A stretch of 63,994 nucleotides of DNA, filler included, from Peribolospora baueri (lineage: Eukaryota), in assembly GCA_029717555.1 (NCBI GenBank). It is 6 parts of 6 records of this genome, joined end to end, with 100 filler letters (N's around TTAATTAATTAA, not from the genome) between each part and the next. Parts side by side here need not be neighbours in the genome. Positions count along the whole stretch, not along the records: positions 39,534 to 52,086 come from JAMDHS010000173.1; positions 52,187 to 62,775 come from JAMDHS010000176.1; 4 more parts are not named here. One strand, 5' to 3'. Positions within the stretch are counted from its first letter, which is position 1. Every line of letters begins with the position of its first letter. This document shows, one piece after another, positions 47,107 to 60,330 of the stretch. Below the pieces are notes generated by a model. That model was not told where the DNA came from and ran no database searches. It was given only the letters and a program-made list of their open reading frames with translations. Both the position numbers and the translations under genes were made by a program.

Positions 47107-49060
47107 GTCGACTCGTCGGGTTCGACGGTCGGAGGCAGGGCGGTAGGGGGCGCTGGGGCAAGAGAAAGGAGGCTGCGAGAAGGGAAGGGTGAGTGCCGGT
47201 GCTGGAGCGAGTATCGCTGTGGGAACGTCGAGAAGAGGCGGAGGATTATTTGCATGTACAAAAAGTCGTCGTGACCCATGTCCACACGTCTTTCTTTGAG
47301 TTTGGCCCGGCCCGGGTCATTCTTCTGTTTGGCCCACGCCCGGGTCATTCTTTTGTACCTCTTCTTTCTTTCGCGGCGCGTTCTTCTGCAGGACGGGGGT
47401 TCGCGGAAAGGCAAGTTGGTGGAGGAACACGGAACAAGGACGCCGCTCCCTAGGGAATCCACCTTGGCAGCGTGCCTGGTTTATATAACGGCTAAGGTTA
47501 ACTGACTTTGATAAAAGCAAGGCAGCTTGAGTGTTGCCGACCCGTCGGTCGGTCTGTGCCAACGGCGCCCTGCGTCGAGCAGCCGTCGCCATCGCCATCG
47601 AAGGCCGGTGGTCGGTCAGTGGCCTGGATGGACGTACACACGGACGTTGGCCATGGACGGCGCCGGCGGCGTACCATGCGATCGCCAGTCGTCCGGGTCC
47701 GAGTCCGAGGATCTGAGGACCTGGCCGTCCAATAAGAATATAAGAATCGGCAGAGACCGGTCTGCTGTAAGTTGCCCCCGCCGGCGGTAGTGGCTACGAT
47801 GCGGACTTTGAGCGCACAGCCGTCGTAGATCCGCGGTGTAAATATAGACGTTACGTGGGAGTACCATTGAGTGCCCACGTGCCGCGTACGGGAGGAAGAC
47901 CTTTTCCATCGTCGGAGCTCGGCCAGCGACTCCTCTTATTAGTATCAGACATTACTCACATGTGGAGAAGTAGAGAAGGGCTGGGTCTCACCCATCAGAC
48001 CGTCGCTCGCCCCCGTTAGGGAGTTGGGACGGTGAGCAATAGGAAAAATAGAAACGGACATACGCGGGGATGGCCGGACCAGTAGACCAGTCCGACGCCA
48101 TGGGCGCGCTCCATCGGCCTGTCGTTCCATTCCATGTGGCACTGGCAAGACCGACGTCTTCGTCCTCCGATCCGCGCTCGCCCGCTCGCTCCTCTTCGTA
48201 CTGCCTCCTGTCATTCCGCCCCCACGATGGCCGAGATAAATGTGAAACGTCCCATCTCGGAAACCGGGGTCATATCCAGAGTAAGTTTTGATCTCCAGTG
48301 CCGCACTGCCGAGGCGAAGCCGGGAACGGCGGCCGCTCCCCGGCGCCAGCGGCCGTTTGAATGCTGTTTTCGTCTCTTTGTCCCCCGTCTGTCTGGTCAT
48401 CGTCGGCCGGCCATGTCTTGTCTCGATGGGTCCGACGGACAGACACCTCCGTCGTCGTCCAGGAAAGAGCACATATCGTCCGAGCCTGCCTGATGGAAGA
48501 AGGACTGAATGGCCTGCTTCACTTACGTACCGTCGCTGCCGCACCTTTGCCATCTGCCTCTCCCACTCCCATTGGAGCCCCTCGGAGCTTATGTGCATAT
48601 GGACGAGGCTGTGCGCGGCAGAGTTAACCAGCACTTCCATCCTCGTGTGCGGCCGCTGACGTCTGTGTTCTTCTTCTCGGCGTTCGGCGTTCGGCGTGCA
48701 AAAGCGTCTGCCGGCCGCATCGGCAACGACGACGTCCATCGAGACTTATTCTAAGCCACTTCTTTTGCGTACGAGTGTCATTCCTGTTCGTCCTCAGCGG
48801 CAAGACCATCCCTTTCCGGCGCAGACCCCTCGCTCAAAAGGCAGGCCAGGCCTACTCAATCCGCCGCCTCGTGTGCACACTATCTCGTCCCTCTCATCCC
48901 TACGCTCGTTTTTCGTCAGATACCACGCCCCCACTTTCCTTCTTTCTATTTGAACAACGCCGAGTCGTCCTCGGAGTTGCACACCTGCTCGCTCACCTCC
49001 TTCTCAGCCCCCCGTCAGGCGCGCTCAGTCGGTCATCCGAAGCACGGCCGTCTCCCCAAG

Positions 49061-51204
49061 ATGCACGCATCTCCCTTCCTCTCTCTCCTTTTCTTCACTC
49101 TTTCCTCCGCTTTCTTCGCCGGAGCCAATGCCCACGCATGCGGCCCCCCCGGCCAAGTTCAGCGCCAACTCGAGCGGCGTGTATTCGCCACTCCTACCGA
49201 CGAGGCGAGCGCCGCTCAGATCACTGGTGGGTGCCATAGTCTCCTTGTCCTACCGAGGGACGACAGGGGCCGCGTCGCGAAAAGGACTGAACCTTGCGTG
49301 GGACATGGCGACTCGCTGGGTCGAACGGGGGGCTCTTCATCGGCTGCTCACCCGCCTTTTGCTCGATCTCTTTTCCGTCCAGACCCGGCGGACGTCGCCC
49401 ACGTCTGCCAAGTGGGCTATGTGTACCAGCCTATGACGGCGCTCAAGGATCAATTTCCGGCTACATGGGACAGTGAGTCCGACATTGCTGGCGAGGTCAG
49501 CCCGGTTAGTGTGCCGCGCTTATCATCCGCCCCGTCACCGGCGGCCGCCCTTCTTCTCTCCAGTCGCTGCCATCGTACCTGGCGACACGGTGGCCGAGGA
49601 GATTTTCAACAAGATCAACGCTACCGTTCCCAACATTCCCCCCAAGCAGGGTACGCCATCCGGCGCGTGGACCCCTGAGCAGCGGCAGGATTACCCTCAC
49701 TCGGACCCTGACTGCTGGTGGTCGTACAGTGTGAGTATATGCGGCGGGTAGGGACCCGTTTTGCCCGTCGTTCGTCGTCATCCGGACTCTGTCCTTCATG
49801 CTGACGCGGTCACTTGGTTTCCCCACTCCATCAAGACTTGCACCACCCCCAAGGCCCCGGACTTGGCGCCTGACATCGTCTCCTGCGCGGAGCCTGACAC
49901 TTGGGGCCTCTCGTTCGACGACGGTCCGAACTGCTCGCACAATGCTTTCTAGTGAGCGTTCCGACAGTCGTCTACGCTTGACTGTCTGCCTCCCATCTGA
50001 CTCGGTCGTTCATGTGCGTAAACGCGCTGCCGCCACAGCGACTTCCTCCTCGCCAACCAGCAAAAGGCGACACTATACTACATCGGCAGCAACGTCTTCA
50101 ACCACCCCTTGGAAGCTCAGCGCGGCCTCCAGGACGGTCACGAGATCAATGTTCACACCTGGAGCCACCACTATATGACCGCACTCACCAACGAACAGGT
50201 CTTTGCCGAACTCTACTACACCGCCAAGGTGACTAGGTCGTCCCGATTCGATTCAGCGTACGATGAGCGAGGTGCGCTCCGTCGACGACGACGACGACGG
50301 CTGACCGGACGCTTTCGATCTCAACGCTTGACCAGATCATTCACGACGTTATCGGCGTCACCCCTCGCGCCTGGAGGCCTCCGTACGGTGACGTCGACGG
50401 TCAGTGGGGTTTCCCACCCTCGCCGCCGAAACGACAGAGCTAACGTTGCCCTCATCCGTAGCAGTGCTGACAAGTCGTTTTTGGCTCCCCGTCCAGACCG
50501 CGTTCGCGCCATCGCTCAGGGCCTCGGCATGACGACCAATATGTGGCGTGACGACACTTTCGACTGGAAGCTAGACAGCGGCGCACCCACGTCGAGCATC
50601 CTGAACAATTACAAACAGATCATTGCCTCTGCCAGCGCGGGCGGTTATTCAGAGGAGGGTACTGTCATTCTCGAGCACGAGCTGACGAACGACACGATGC
50701 AGATGGTCGTCGACGAGTATCCAAAGCTCAAGGAAGTCTTCAAGTACGTCGTGCCCATGGGCGCTTGCGTCAACCGAACTCACCCCTACCTCGGTGAGTA
50801 GTTGTCATGGACACCTCCGGCTCGTCGAAGTGACTTCTGACGGTCGTGTGCGTCGCGTCGCGTCGTGTCGCATCCGCCCCACATCCACAGAGGACATCAC
50901 ATATCCCGACTTTAACGATTACATCGCCGGCACAACCATGCCCGTCAACCTTCCGTCTCCCCAGTTGGCCTCCAGCGCTCCGTACACCGTCCCGGTCGGC
51001 CCGGCGACGGCGTCGATCACCAACTTGCTCGGGCTGCCCACCACCGCGCCCGCCATCAACGGTGCGTTCCAAGCGGCCGCCACGGGGAGCGGCGCGGCTG
51101 GCGCCATGGGCACAAGCACCAAGGCCAACAGCGGCGGCTCCTTGTCGGCCGCCGGCGCCATGTTGGGAGCGGCGGGCATCGTAGCCGGCGCTCTGCTCAT
51201 CTGA
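49061..51204 (+). CDS. Chitin deacetylase (CE4 polysaccharide deacetylase), secreted and probably GPI-anchored, multi-exon
   Basis: Signal peptide; DPDCWWSY, WGLSFDDGPNCSH, HTWSHHYMT, WRPPYGDVDDRVR, DTFDW and ILEHEL motifs; hydrophobic C-terminus GAMLGAAGIVAGALLI. Confidence 0.93.
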
Positions 51205-52086
51205 CGAGGCGCGTTGTCGTCGTCATCCTCTCGCCGCCGCCGCCCTCAACTCCCTCCCACCACCCACCTCCTCCGCTCCATCCTATTCCGTTTCCTTCTA
51301 TCCGTCCATCTGTGTGGACCACCCGACGGTCGATACCATGAGGTTCGGTTAGCGGTGGCACGACGCCGGGGGGCCGGTGCGTAAGGACGGGGGACAGACA
51401 AAGGGGACGGACTCTTTCTGAAGGAATACATTTTACGGACATTTTTTTCTTTCATTTATTACGTCGAAGGATGGGCGAGAAAGAAAGAAAGAAAGAAAGA
51501 AAGAAAAAGCTCAACGCGGCCACGAGGAGGAGGAAGAGGAAGAGGAACAAAAGCCAACGAACGACGGGCGGGGCGAACGGAGACGGTTCGGTTCGGTTTG
51601 GTCGTCTGTTGTGTGTTTTTTCTCCTTCTTCTTTTTAAAGGAAGCGAGGAAGGAAAAGCCGTGCGAACACGGCACGGCACGAGGACCGACGTAGTACGCC
51701 GGGATACGACCCGACGACGGATGGGCGGGGCGAGGCGAGGTCGAGAAGAACGAGTTTCTGCATTAGGTGACTGAACTGACGAAGGAAAAGAAGGGGGTAC
51801 TAGTAGCTAGCTAGGTAAAGGCGATCACGGATCGGGGAAGAGGGACGTCGATCAAGGGGGCAAACAAAGGGGGAAGAAATAGAAAGGGGGGAAGGAAGGA
51901 AGGAGGGAAGGAGGGTGCCAGTGGGTGGACGGGCACGAGGGTGTTTTGCGAGGGAAGAAACTTCACACGCTCTTTTTTGCTCAGCGCAATGCCCGCTATG
52001 CCGGGACAAACCATCCTTACCAATACCCCGCTTGTCCACAAGGCGCGAGAGGTACGTGAATTCTTTCCCTTGGACGCTTCGTATAG

Positions 52087-52186
52087 NNNNNNNNNNNNNN
52101 NNNNNNNNNNNNNNNNNNNNNNNNNNNNNNTTAATTAATTAANNNNNNNNNNNNNNNNNNNNNNNNNNNNNNNNNNNNNNNNNNNN
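52087..52186. other. Artificial contig linker
   Basis: N44-TTAATTAATTAA-N44. Confidence 0.98.
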
Positions 52187-55104
52187 GCTTGACAAGGAGG
52201 CTAACTTTATTCGATCATACTCCTCCACACTAAGACCTCCGCCGACCTTGACGAGCGACATAAACCTGAAGGACAGGGGTGGGTGAGAACAGGTCTCCAT
52301 GGAGCGTTGCCATAACTGGGACGGCCTGAACTCACTCCGGCTCATCCAAGGAGGAGTTGTTCGTCCGGAGACCACCAATGAATGAAGACAGCCTGCCGCC
52401 TCGCTTGCCCGAGCCATACATAGCGCCTTGAAAGAAAATCCAGACGGACGTCTTCAATAGGAGCGTCGGCAACATATCGCCAAAATCTTACTGACCGATA
52501 ATCATAACGTCCACGTTCTCGCCCAGCTCGTCGATATACTCGGGCTTGACTTTGATCCAAGTGTTCTCGCGGCCATTAAGAACATATTGGCTCTTCGGAT
52601 CTTTGACGATCAGCCCCTCTCCCCTTGCCAGCCAAGCGGAAGATGAGATCAGCCTGTGCGTCGCCAGCAGAGCATGTCAGAAAGGCTTACCTTTGAGCCA
52701 TGACCTTATCGAGAGCGTCTCGAATGTCCGCCCCCGACCGCCCGCGCATGGTCAGAACGAGCTCCAGGCGCCCAGGCACCTCGGTCACCAGCTTTGGAAG
52801 GATGCGCTTGCGCTCGGAAAGAGGCATGTGCAAGAGCGTCTTTCCATTCACGTATAGAACGTCAAATACCTTGACTGATGGACGAGATGCAGGAGGCAAG
52901 GTGTCAACGAAAATAAATAACAGTAGCGAGAGATCGCTCACGTACAGCACGGTGTTGGCTTGTCAGAGTCGTCAGACGTGTCTGCAACAGCGAGAGAAAC
53001 CCAGGAAGGTCAGAGCCAGTAGGTCGATTAGCGCATCAAAGCGCGAGCATGACATACCAAGAGCAGCGGTCTTCAGGTTGCCAAACGGCTGAAACATTCC
53101 TCGAAGCGGATCCCAGACGAGCATTTCTCCATCCAAGATGATGCTACAATGGTCGTGTCACCCCAAATCCTGTTAGCCAAAAAGCGAAAGGTGGGGCACT
53201 GCCTCATCATCAACCTCACCTCTCGACGTTTTTGTTGAACTTGTCCTCGATATAAGGTGTTAGAGACCCACTCCTGCCGTTCCGTCCATACAGATATGTG
53301 TAGTGCTTGCCTTTCCTGCGAAGCGGAGAAAGGAGGGGTGAGCCGCAAAGTTTCAGGGTTACAAACTGGCGTTTGAGAGCTCACCGTGACCAGAAATCGA
53401 ACTGCCGCCCGTTCTTGTGCATCTGTATCCTCTCTCCGTCGAGTTTCTCCTCGATAAAAAACCCGTCCCATCCCGAGTCACTCCCTGAGCTGGCGGACCC
53501 GCCAGAGCGGTACGACGTCGTGCTCAACCGTGCCTCTCGAGCCACCCAGGCCCTGCCCGCTCCCATGAGTCTTGCGATGTCGTTGAAATCGCGCATGTTG
53601 CGTTTGCAGAGCATCGGAAGAAAGCACTTGCCGAGGTCGATTGCTTTTTCCTACCGTCATGATGGGCGTAATACGGCACAATCACTTGGCCCGCTCCGGG
53701 AGAAGTAAGATAGATGGCGCGGCACTCACCTCATGAGGCATCCGATAGTTCAGGTCGTACAGCTTCCAACATACCACTTTGAGATCGGAGCAGACATTGA
53801 AGCAGTCATTGGCGTCCGGGTGCAGCGTGCGGAGAATGGTCTTCTCCCTAACAGTGATCCGGAGGTCTGATATCGGCCGGACCGGTGCAATGGCGGCCCT
53901 CGATCAGACACAGGCTGCACGCCATCAGGACCGACCGGCAAATTGCCTACGCCGCTTACCTTTGAGAATAATGCGGAGAAGCCATTTGATCTCTTCTGCC
54001 GTACACCTGTCGCAGAACTCTTGAACAATGTCCTGCTTTTCTTTTCTGAAGGAGCGAGCAGATCGAAGGGGAAGGACTCGGTGAAGGGGTACTTTATTAC
54101 GCCGATGCCTTTGCGCACTCACGACTTGCCATAAGAGCTGAGCTCATCCAAAAGTTCGTTGACCCTGGTAATATCCAGCTCGCCCTTGCCCACTGTCGGC
54201 ACGCGCTCCTTGACAATCTCGTACGCTATCCCCGTAAAGTCGCCTGCGTTGCTGAACTGAAGCCGTTCGCGCCAGGAGGGACTGAGTCCCTGGGCGCGAC
54301 AAACGCCTCCAAGCACCGTTTAAAACAACTCACCTTGTCCTTATGGACCGCCGGCAGTTTCCAATGAATGAGCCTCTGAGCCGCATCGCTCTTCTTCGGG
54401 TCGAGCCCGAGCGCGTTGACGAGTACCTTGGCCAGCGCTTGTTCTTTGAGGCCGTACACTGATCTTTCCTTGTCGCGCTGCGTACGCGATTTGGCATGCA
54501 AGTAGGGGTGAGTTACAATCTTCGAGTCAACGGGGGTTGAACTATGCTGAGGCAAAGTGCGCGACGCTGAGGGCAGGCCATCTCACCTCCGGGATGAGCA
54601 GCCGAACCAGAGGGTACAAATCCGGACCGACTTTTGCCCTCCAGTTCTTTCGGAGGTCAGATTCATAGGTCCAGCAAGCCGAGGCCGAAAGCATAAGTGC
54701 ATAGATGTACGGGCATAGATGTACGGACACCCAGGGTGAGCCACCATCTACCAAAGCAGCCATCGAAGAGCTCATCTCCTACTGACCTCGAACAACCTTT
54801 CCAACCTGACCCTCCGCTTCTCAGGCTTGTCCTTGATCACCGCCTCGAAGAAGTCAACAAGGACGTGAAAGTTCGGCGTGGGATTAAAGTTAACACACTC
54901 TGGGGGGCGCTCCATCTCCTCTTCCATGCGGATCCCTCCAGCGCCGTCCGGGCCGTCGAGACTGAAGCCTCCAAAGCCGTCGCCGCCGTCTCTGCCGCCG
55001 CCACCGCCACCGGCATCGCCGTACTTGTTATCGCCGCGTACCGGGTCGATCTGAATGAGCGAGTCCTCGGGCTGCAATTGGCCTGGCTGTGTGGCCTGGG
55101 ACAT
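52187..55104 (-). CDS. LIG4: DNA ligase IV (NHEJ), 5' ~14 exons; 3' part lost at contig edge
   Basis: VGPDLYPLVRLLIP, ERSVYGLKE, adenylation motif EEKLDGERIQMH, ILDGEM, FDVLYVNG, GEGLIVK and WIKVKPEY. No lesion seen when spliced by eye. Confidence 0.93.
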
Positions 55105-55301
55105 CTTCAGGTGCGCTCAATGGACTCACGAGCACCTCGTCGGCGCTTTGAGGACGGGAGACGAGGTCAGCTTGAACATGCCCCCAGTCCCGATCACTCG
55201 GCTGACTAAGCACTGCAAGTGAACCTTCCCCCGTGACAGTGGCTCACCCCTCGTCCCCGCAGACGACACAACGCCTGAAACACAAGGGCTCGCCCGCCGC
55301 C

Positions 55302-55982
<681 letters not shown>

Positions 55983-56555
55983 TAGGCGGACGATTTTATT
56001 GGTGAGGATGGCGAAGTTTGTGGCTCTATCGCATCCGGGGCGCGTGAGCAGCCGCAAGAGGCATTTCCTGCCCCGACGGCGATCAATCGTCGCTCTTCTC
56101 CTCGCTGCTGGAGGTCTACTCGGGGCCATGGCTATCCGTCGCTGGTCCGCCAACCACGTCCCCGTGGGCTACAGTCTCGCTCCCGCTTTCGCCCCCGCCC
56201 TCGCGGCCGCCACCGATCGTTCCTCTCCGACGCCCGAACGACCCTCACGTACGCCGTTTAGCCGACGGCCTCAATTGTGACCGGTAATTCCCACAGCATG
56301 ACTGCGGCAATCGATGACTTTGCGTTGTGGAGGCAGGTCGGCGAGCTCCCACGTTTCGTTCTTGTGGAGACCATCAAGCTCCTTCTACATGGCCTCCTCC
56401 CATCTCAGACGATATGCGCTTCGCATGCCTTCGTCATACGACGGGTCGTCCGGACTGACGCGTGATCGCTATCGCGGCGTGCCGCCACAGACGCAGACCG
56501 ATCTTGATGCCGAGATGTTGCAAGAAGTGTCGTTTCCGTCACCTTGGCTTCCAAC

Positions 56556-56767
56556 GAAGCGCCGAAGATCGGCGGTCGGTACCACAAGGGAAGCCACATG
56601 AGCGGGAACGACAAGCTTATCCCCCGGGCTCTTCCAAAGGAGATCGGCGCACACTGCTGGTGTGGTATATCTTGCGCCGACCTCCTTTGGAAGAGCCCGA
56701 GGATAAGCTTGTCGTTCCCGCTCATGTGGCTTCCCTTGTGGTACCGACCGCCGATCTTCGGCGCTTC
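56556..56767. repeat. Near-perfect inverted repeat (arms 56556-56651 and 56673-56767, 21-nt loop)
   Basis: The arms are reverse complements except for two substitutions and one 1-nt indel. Confidence 0.93.
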
Positions 56768-57563
56768 ATCCGCAACCAGATCGACGTGGCGACGACGATG
56801 TTGAAGGAGAAGGTGTTCTGCGGTCATGAGGTGCCCAAGGTGCCGGGCCGGATCGTCAATCGTCAGCAAGAAAGGGATTGAGATTTTGTCATCGTTGCAG
56901 CGTACGTTGACGACTTGGGGAAGCAAAGTGGATCCTAGGCATCGAAGTCATTCGCGATGTTTCAACGCTTATGGAAGTGGGACTGCAACTTCGGAAGCGA
57001 CAAGACGAAGAGGCCGCTTCGAGGAAGAGTACCGGCGAGCTGTCGGATCAATAATGTACTTGATGCTCTGTACACGACCAGACCTGGCGTTTGCAGTCAG
57101 CAAGCTCTCTCAGTACAGCTTGGATCCAAGCTCGACGCAATGGAGGGCGGTCAAGCGGGTAATTCGCTATATCAAAGGAACTGCGGGTTACAACCTGAAG
57201 TTTGACGCTGGGATCGATGGCAACGACGGCTGCAAGATCGACGCTGGTTTTGAAGCAGATGAGGTAAAGGTGGTCGGTTAGAGTTGAGGTTCAGGAAGTC
57301 GAGCTCAACTGCGATAACCAAGGTGCGGTTACTCTCGCCAGCGGGCAGAGGTTTCACAATAGGACCAAGCACATCGACGTCGCCTATCACTACCTGCGCG
57401 AACGAGTCCAAGACGGGACCATCAAGTTGAAGTTCGTTCGGACGAAGGGGCAATTTGCCGACGTCTTCACCAAGGGTCTGCCTCCTGTAGCGTTTGAGGA
57501 GATGGTACGGAACTTGAGATTGGTTGGGTAAGGAGGCTATCTCTCGTTTTGGTCGGGTGGGAG

Positions 57564-57739
57564 TGTTGAAATGGCGTCCGGTAACGACCGACCTTGGACG
57601 CTGCGGCATGCACAGCCACTCTTTTTCTTCACCTTGGATGTGAACTCCTACGCCCCTGCTACGATTAAGTTGAACAATCATCACTGTAGATACACGTTAG
57701 CTAACAGTTCTGCCGCTCCGTAAGCACCCATCTCCAACA
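57564..57739 (+). repeat. 3' LTR of the copia element (176 bp)
   Basis: TGTTG...CAACA termini, preceded by the purine-rich tract GGGTGGGAG about 30 nt after the pol stop. Confidence 0.75.
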
Positions 57740-58481
57740 CATCGTCAGGTATGTATGTGCACGACCGATACGTCGACCGTACTGCCGGTCAGCTGGAATT
57801 GTCCTCTCGCCATCTCAGTGCCTCTCTCTTGCCTTGTCTCGACCGCTGCCTTTGCCGCCTCCATGGTCGTGCAACGCCCTGCTGTTGTGGCGGTCGAACT
57901 CGTATACCTCGTCTCGTCTCGCGAGCCGTCCCTTCCGTCGTCCCCGGTCCGGTCGCCTGGTCTAACAGCAGGCAGGTCCAACGTCGGTCTCGGCATCATT
58001 TTCGCGGGGACGCCCGCTTGCCATATCCGGCGGCGTGGCCCCGGTGTCTCTCACTTGGCGCACAGAAAAGTTCCGACCAGGCTGCCATGCCGGCGGCCGA
58101 CTCTCCGCTCGACAAGAAGAACACCACCCACCGAGGGTTGGCGGGATGGCGGTACGCTGGCCGAGGCCGTCTCACCACCGACTTCTCAGAGACCACTTAG
58201 ACTGGCCGACACGCTCGAGTACGCCATCGATCGGCAATCTTTCTACCTTGGCCCCACACCCGTCATTCCTGAATCCGATTCATTGAGACTAAGGAGCTCA
58301 CTTTGCATCTCCTCTGCACCCCCACGCTCGTTGCTCAGGCACAGGGGCTTGTCGATCCAGGTTCCTCCTCTTTCTAGTGCAAAGGCAGACAGACGCGTAT
58401 AAAGGACCGCCATGGAGCTCCTCCCCTTGACCGCCTCGCCGACATACCCCTACGTGCGTCGACTCGGAGCTCGCAATCAAG

Positions 58482-60330
58482 ATGGGGAAGAGGTTCATCC
58501 AGTCTCCTCTCGCTCTTGCCTTGTGCGATGCAGCGCTTCAAACGTCCGTGTTGACTAGCCCCCTTTCAAAGCCAGCACCGGAGATTCGTTAGAGGATTTG
58601 ACCAAATATGTAGACCTTCTCATTGTGAGTGGCTCATCTGGGACGCTTGCCCATATCTGGAGGATCTTCTCTTCCCCCGGTCTGCTCACCAGCTTTCGTG
58701 TTCCGCACGCATGTCGCCATGACAGGGTACGCAAAATGCCATCGCCAACGTGAGCCCAGCTTCTTCATTCCCCGTCTTGCTTTTTCGTTTGAGCGTCTTC
58801 GTGTACGCTCTATCTCACCGCCTTTTTCTCTCAACCTTCAGTCTTCCATGACCTCAGCGGCTCCCTTTGGCGTCGTCAAGATGGGCATCGATACCCAAGC
58901 CGTGTGGCTCGATCCCCCTGCCGCCGGTAATAACGGAGGATAGCAAGTGTCCCTTCTTTAATTCTGTCGGCGACGTAGCCGTATCACTTACGGTCGACGT
59001 TTTGTCCGTTTCATTCTCGATCCTTTTCTCAGCACGCCGCTTGGCAATCTCACTGGAATATCGATGATGCACGAATCTGGCACCGGCGGCGAGCCCAAGT
59101 ACGGTGTGGTCAGTCAGATGCCTCTAACCGGCGACCTGAAAGCTCAGGGGATCAACGGTGAACCCATTGGCCCGATCTTTGTACATGCTGCGAGACGTGA
59201 ACATCTCACCGGGTTCTCGTTTTCGACCAGTGGCCGACAACTTTACCTACCAACAGCCCTGCGCGTCCGATAAGGTGTCTGTCGGGCACTGGCAAACCAA
59301 CTTAACTAACGGCATCTCCCTTGATTTGACAGCTGCAAGGCATTTTGGCATCTCACCGTTAACCTGGAGGAGACAAGCACATACTCGTCGATTTGTCTCA
59401 TGACCTTCCTGACTTTAGTGAACCCCTTCCCGGTCGACTAGTGGAGGATACTACCATCGGCGTTGGACGCTAGCTAAAGCGAGCTTTCCTCGCACTGGCG
59501 TGCAGGCTCCAACTATTCGTAGCATTTGAGGGACGGCTCGATCCATATGGCTGAGAACAACTCCTCTTACTATGGTTCCGCTCAATATGACGGCGGCTGG
59601 AACAGGGAGTGGGTAGCTCGACAGGGGTTGCTATCGACAGGCCGTGTTGGGAGTGGCTTGCTCGACTTACGTCTCTCTTTCCTCTGCGCTCGCAACCTGA
59701 TACAAACCAAATCTGTTACCGGCGGCGGGAAAGAACGACACCGGTCAGGGAAAGAAAGGGTGACAGCGATTGAAACAGGGGCAAGTGGGCATCCACTTCT
59801 GTGCCAACTTCAGCAGTCCCTTCTCCAAAAGCGGCGTCTTCTCCTACCCGTACAATACCAACCAGGCTGTCCCAGTGCCCCCGACCAAGGTCCAGTACGG
59901 CAACATGTCCGCCTCGATGGTGGTGAACGGCAACGGCACGGGAATCGGCGCTTTGTTCACTTGGTCTGGCAACCAGAGCTCGTCGATGATCGAGAGCAGG
60001 ATCTGTATCAGCTTTATCAGCCAGCAGAAGCAGCTTCCCTTCGTCCACACCCCATCGCCAGGACTCTATTACACCAGCCTCTTGCCGTCGGACAGGACGG
60101 GTCAGAACCCGAAATGGCAGACCAACGTCGGATGACGACTTTTATACGAGTGAGCCATCTCTGAGCGGCTAGGAAGCCTAGCTTTTGGTGAACCGCGCTG
60201 ATGCCCCTTTCACTGTTTCGTCCCTTGCAACCCAGTGTGGGACATCTTCCGATGCCTTACCCCTGTGTACGGCCTCCTGCAAACACCTCGCTACGTTGGC
60301 ATGGTTCGATCTCTCATCGACATTTGGTGG
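58482..60330 (+). pseudogene. GH92 alpha-1,2-mannosidase pseudogene
   Basis: DLTKYVDLLI, PFGVVKMGIDT, GGYTPLGNLTGISMMHESGTGGEPKYGVVSQMPL, HILVDLSH, YDGGWN, GALFTW, SRICISFIS, LPSDRTGQNPKW, DDFYT and WDIFR. Frameshift near 59352, TAG at 59520-59522, internal deletion near 60030, C-terminal half absent. Confidence 0.88.

Noticed and set aside
53635..53655. Possible frameshift in LIG4 at an exon start
   Set aside because: The five-A run gives GAA AAA GCA ATC (EKAI...PMLCKR) in frame, so the gene is intact here.
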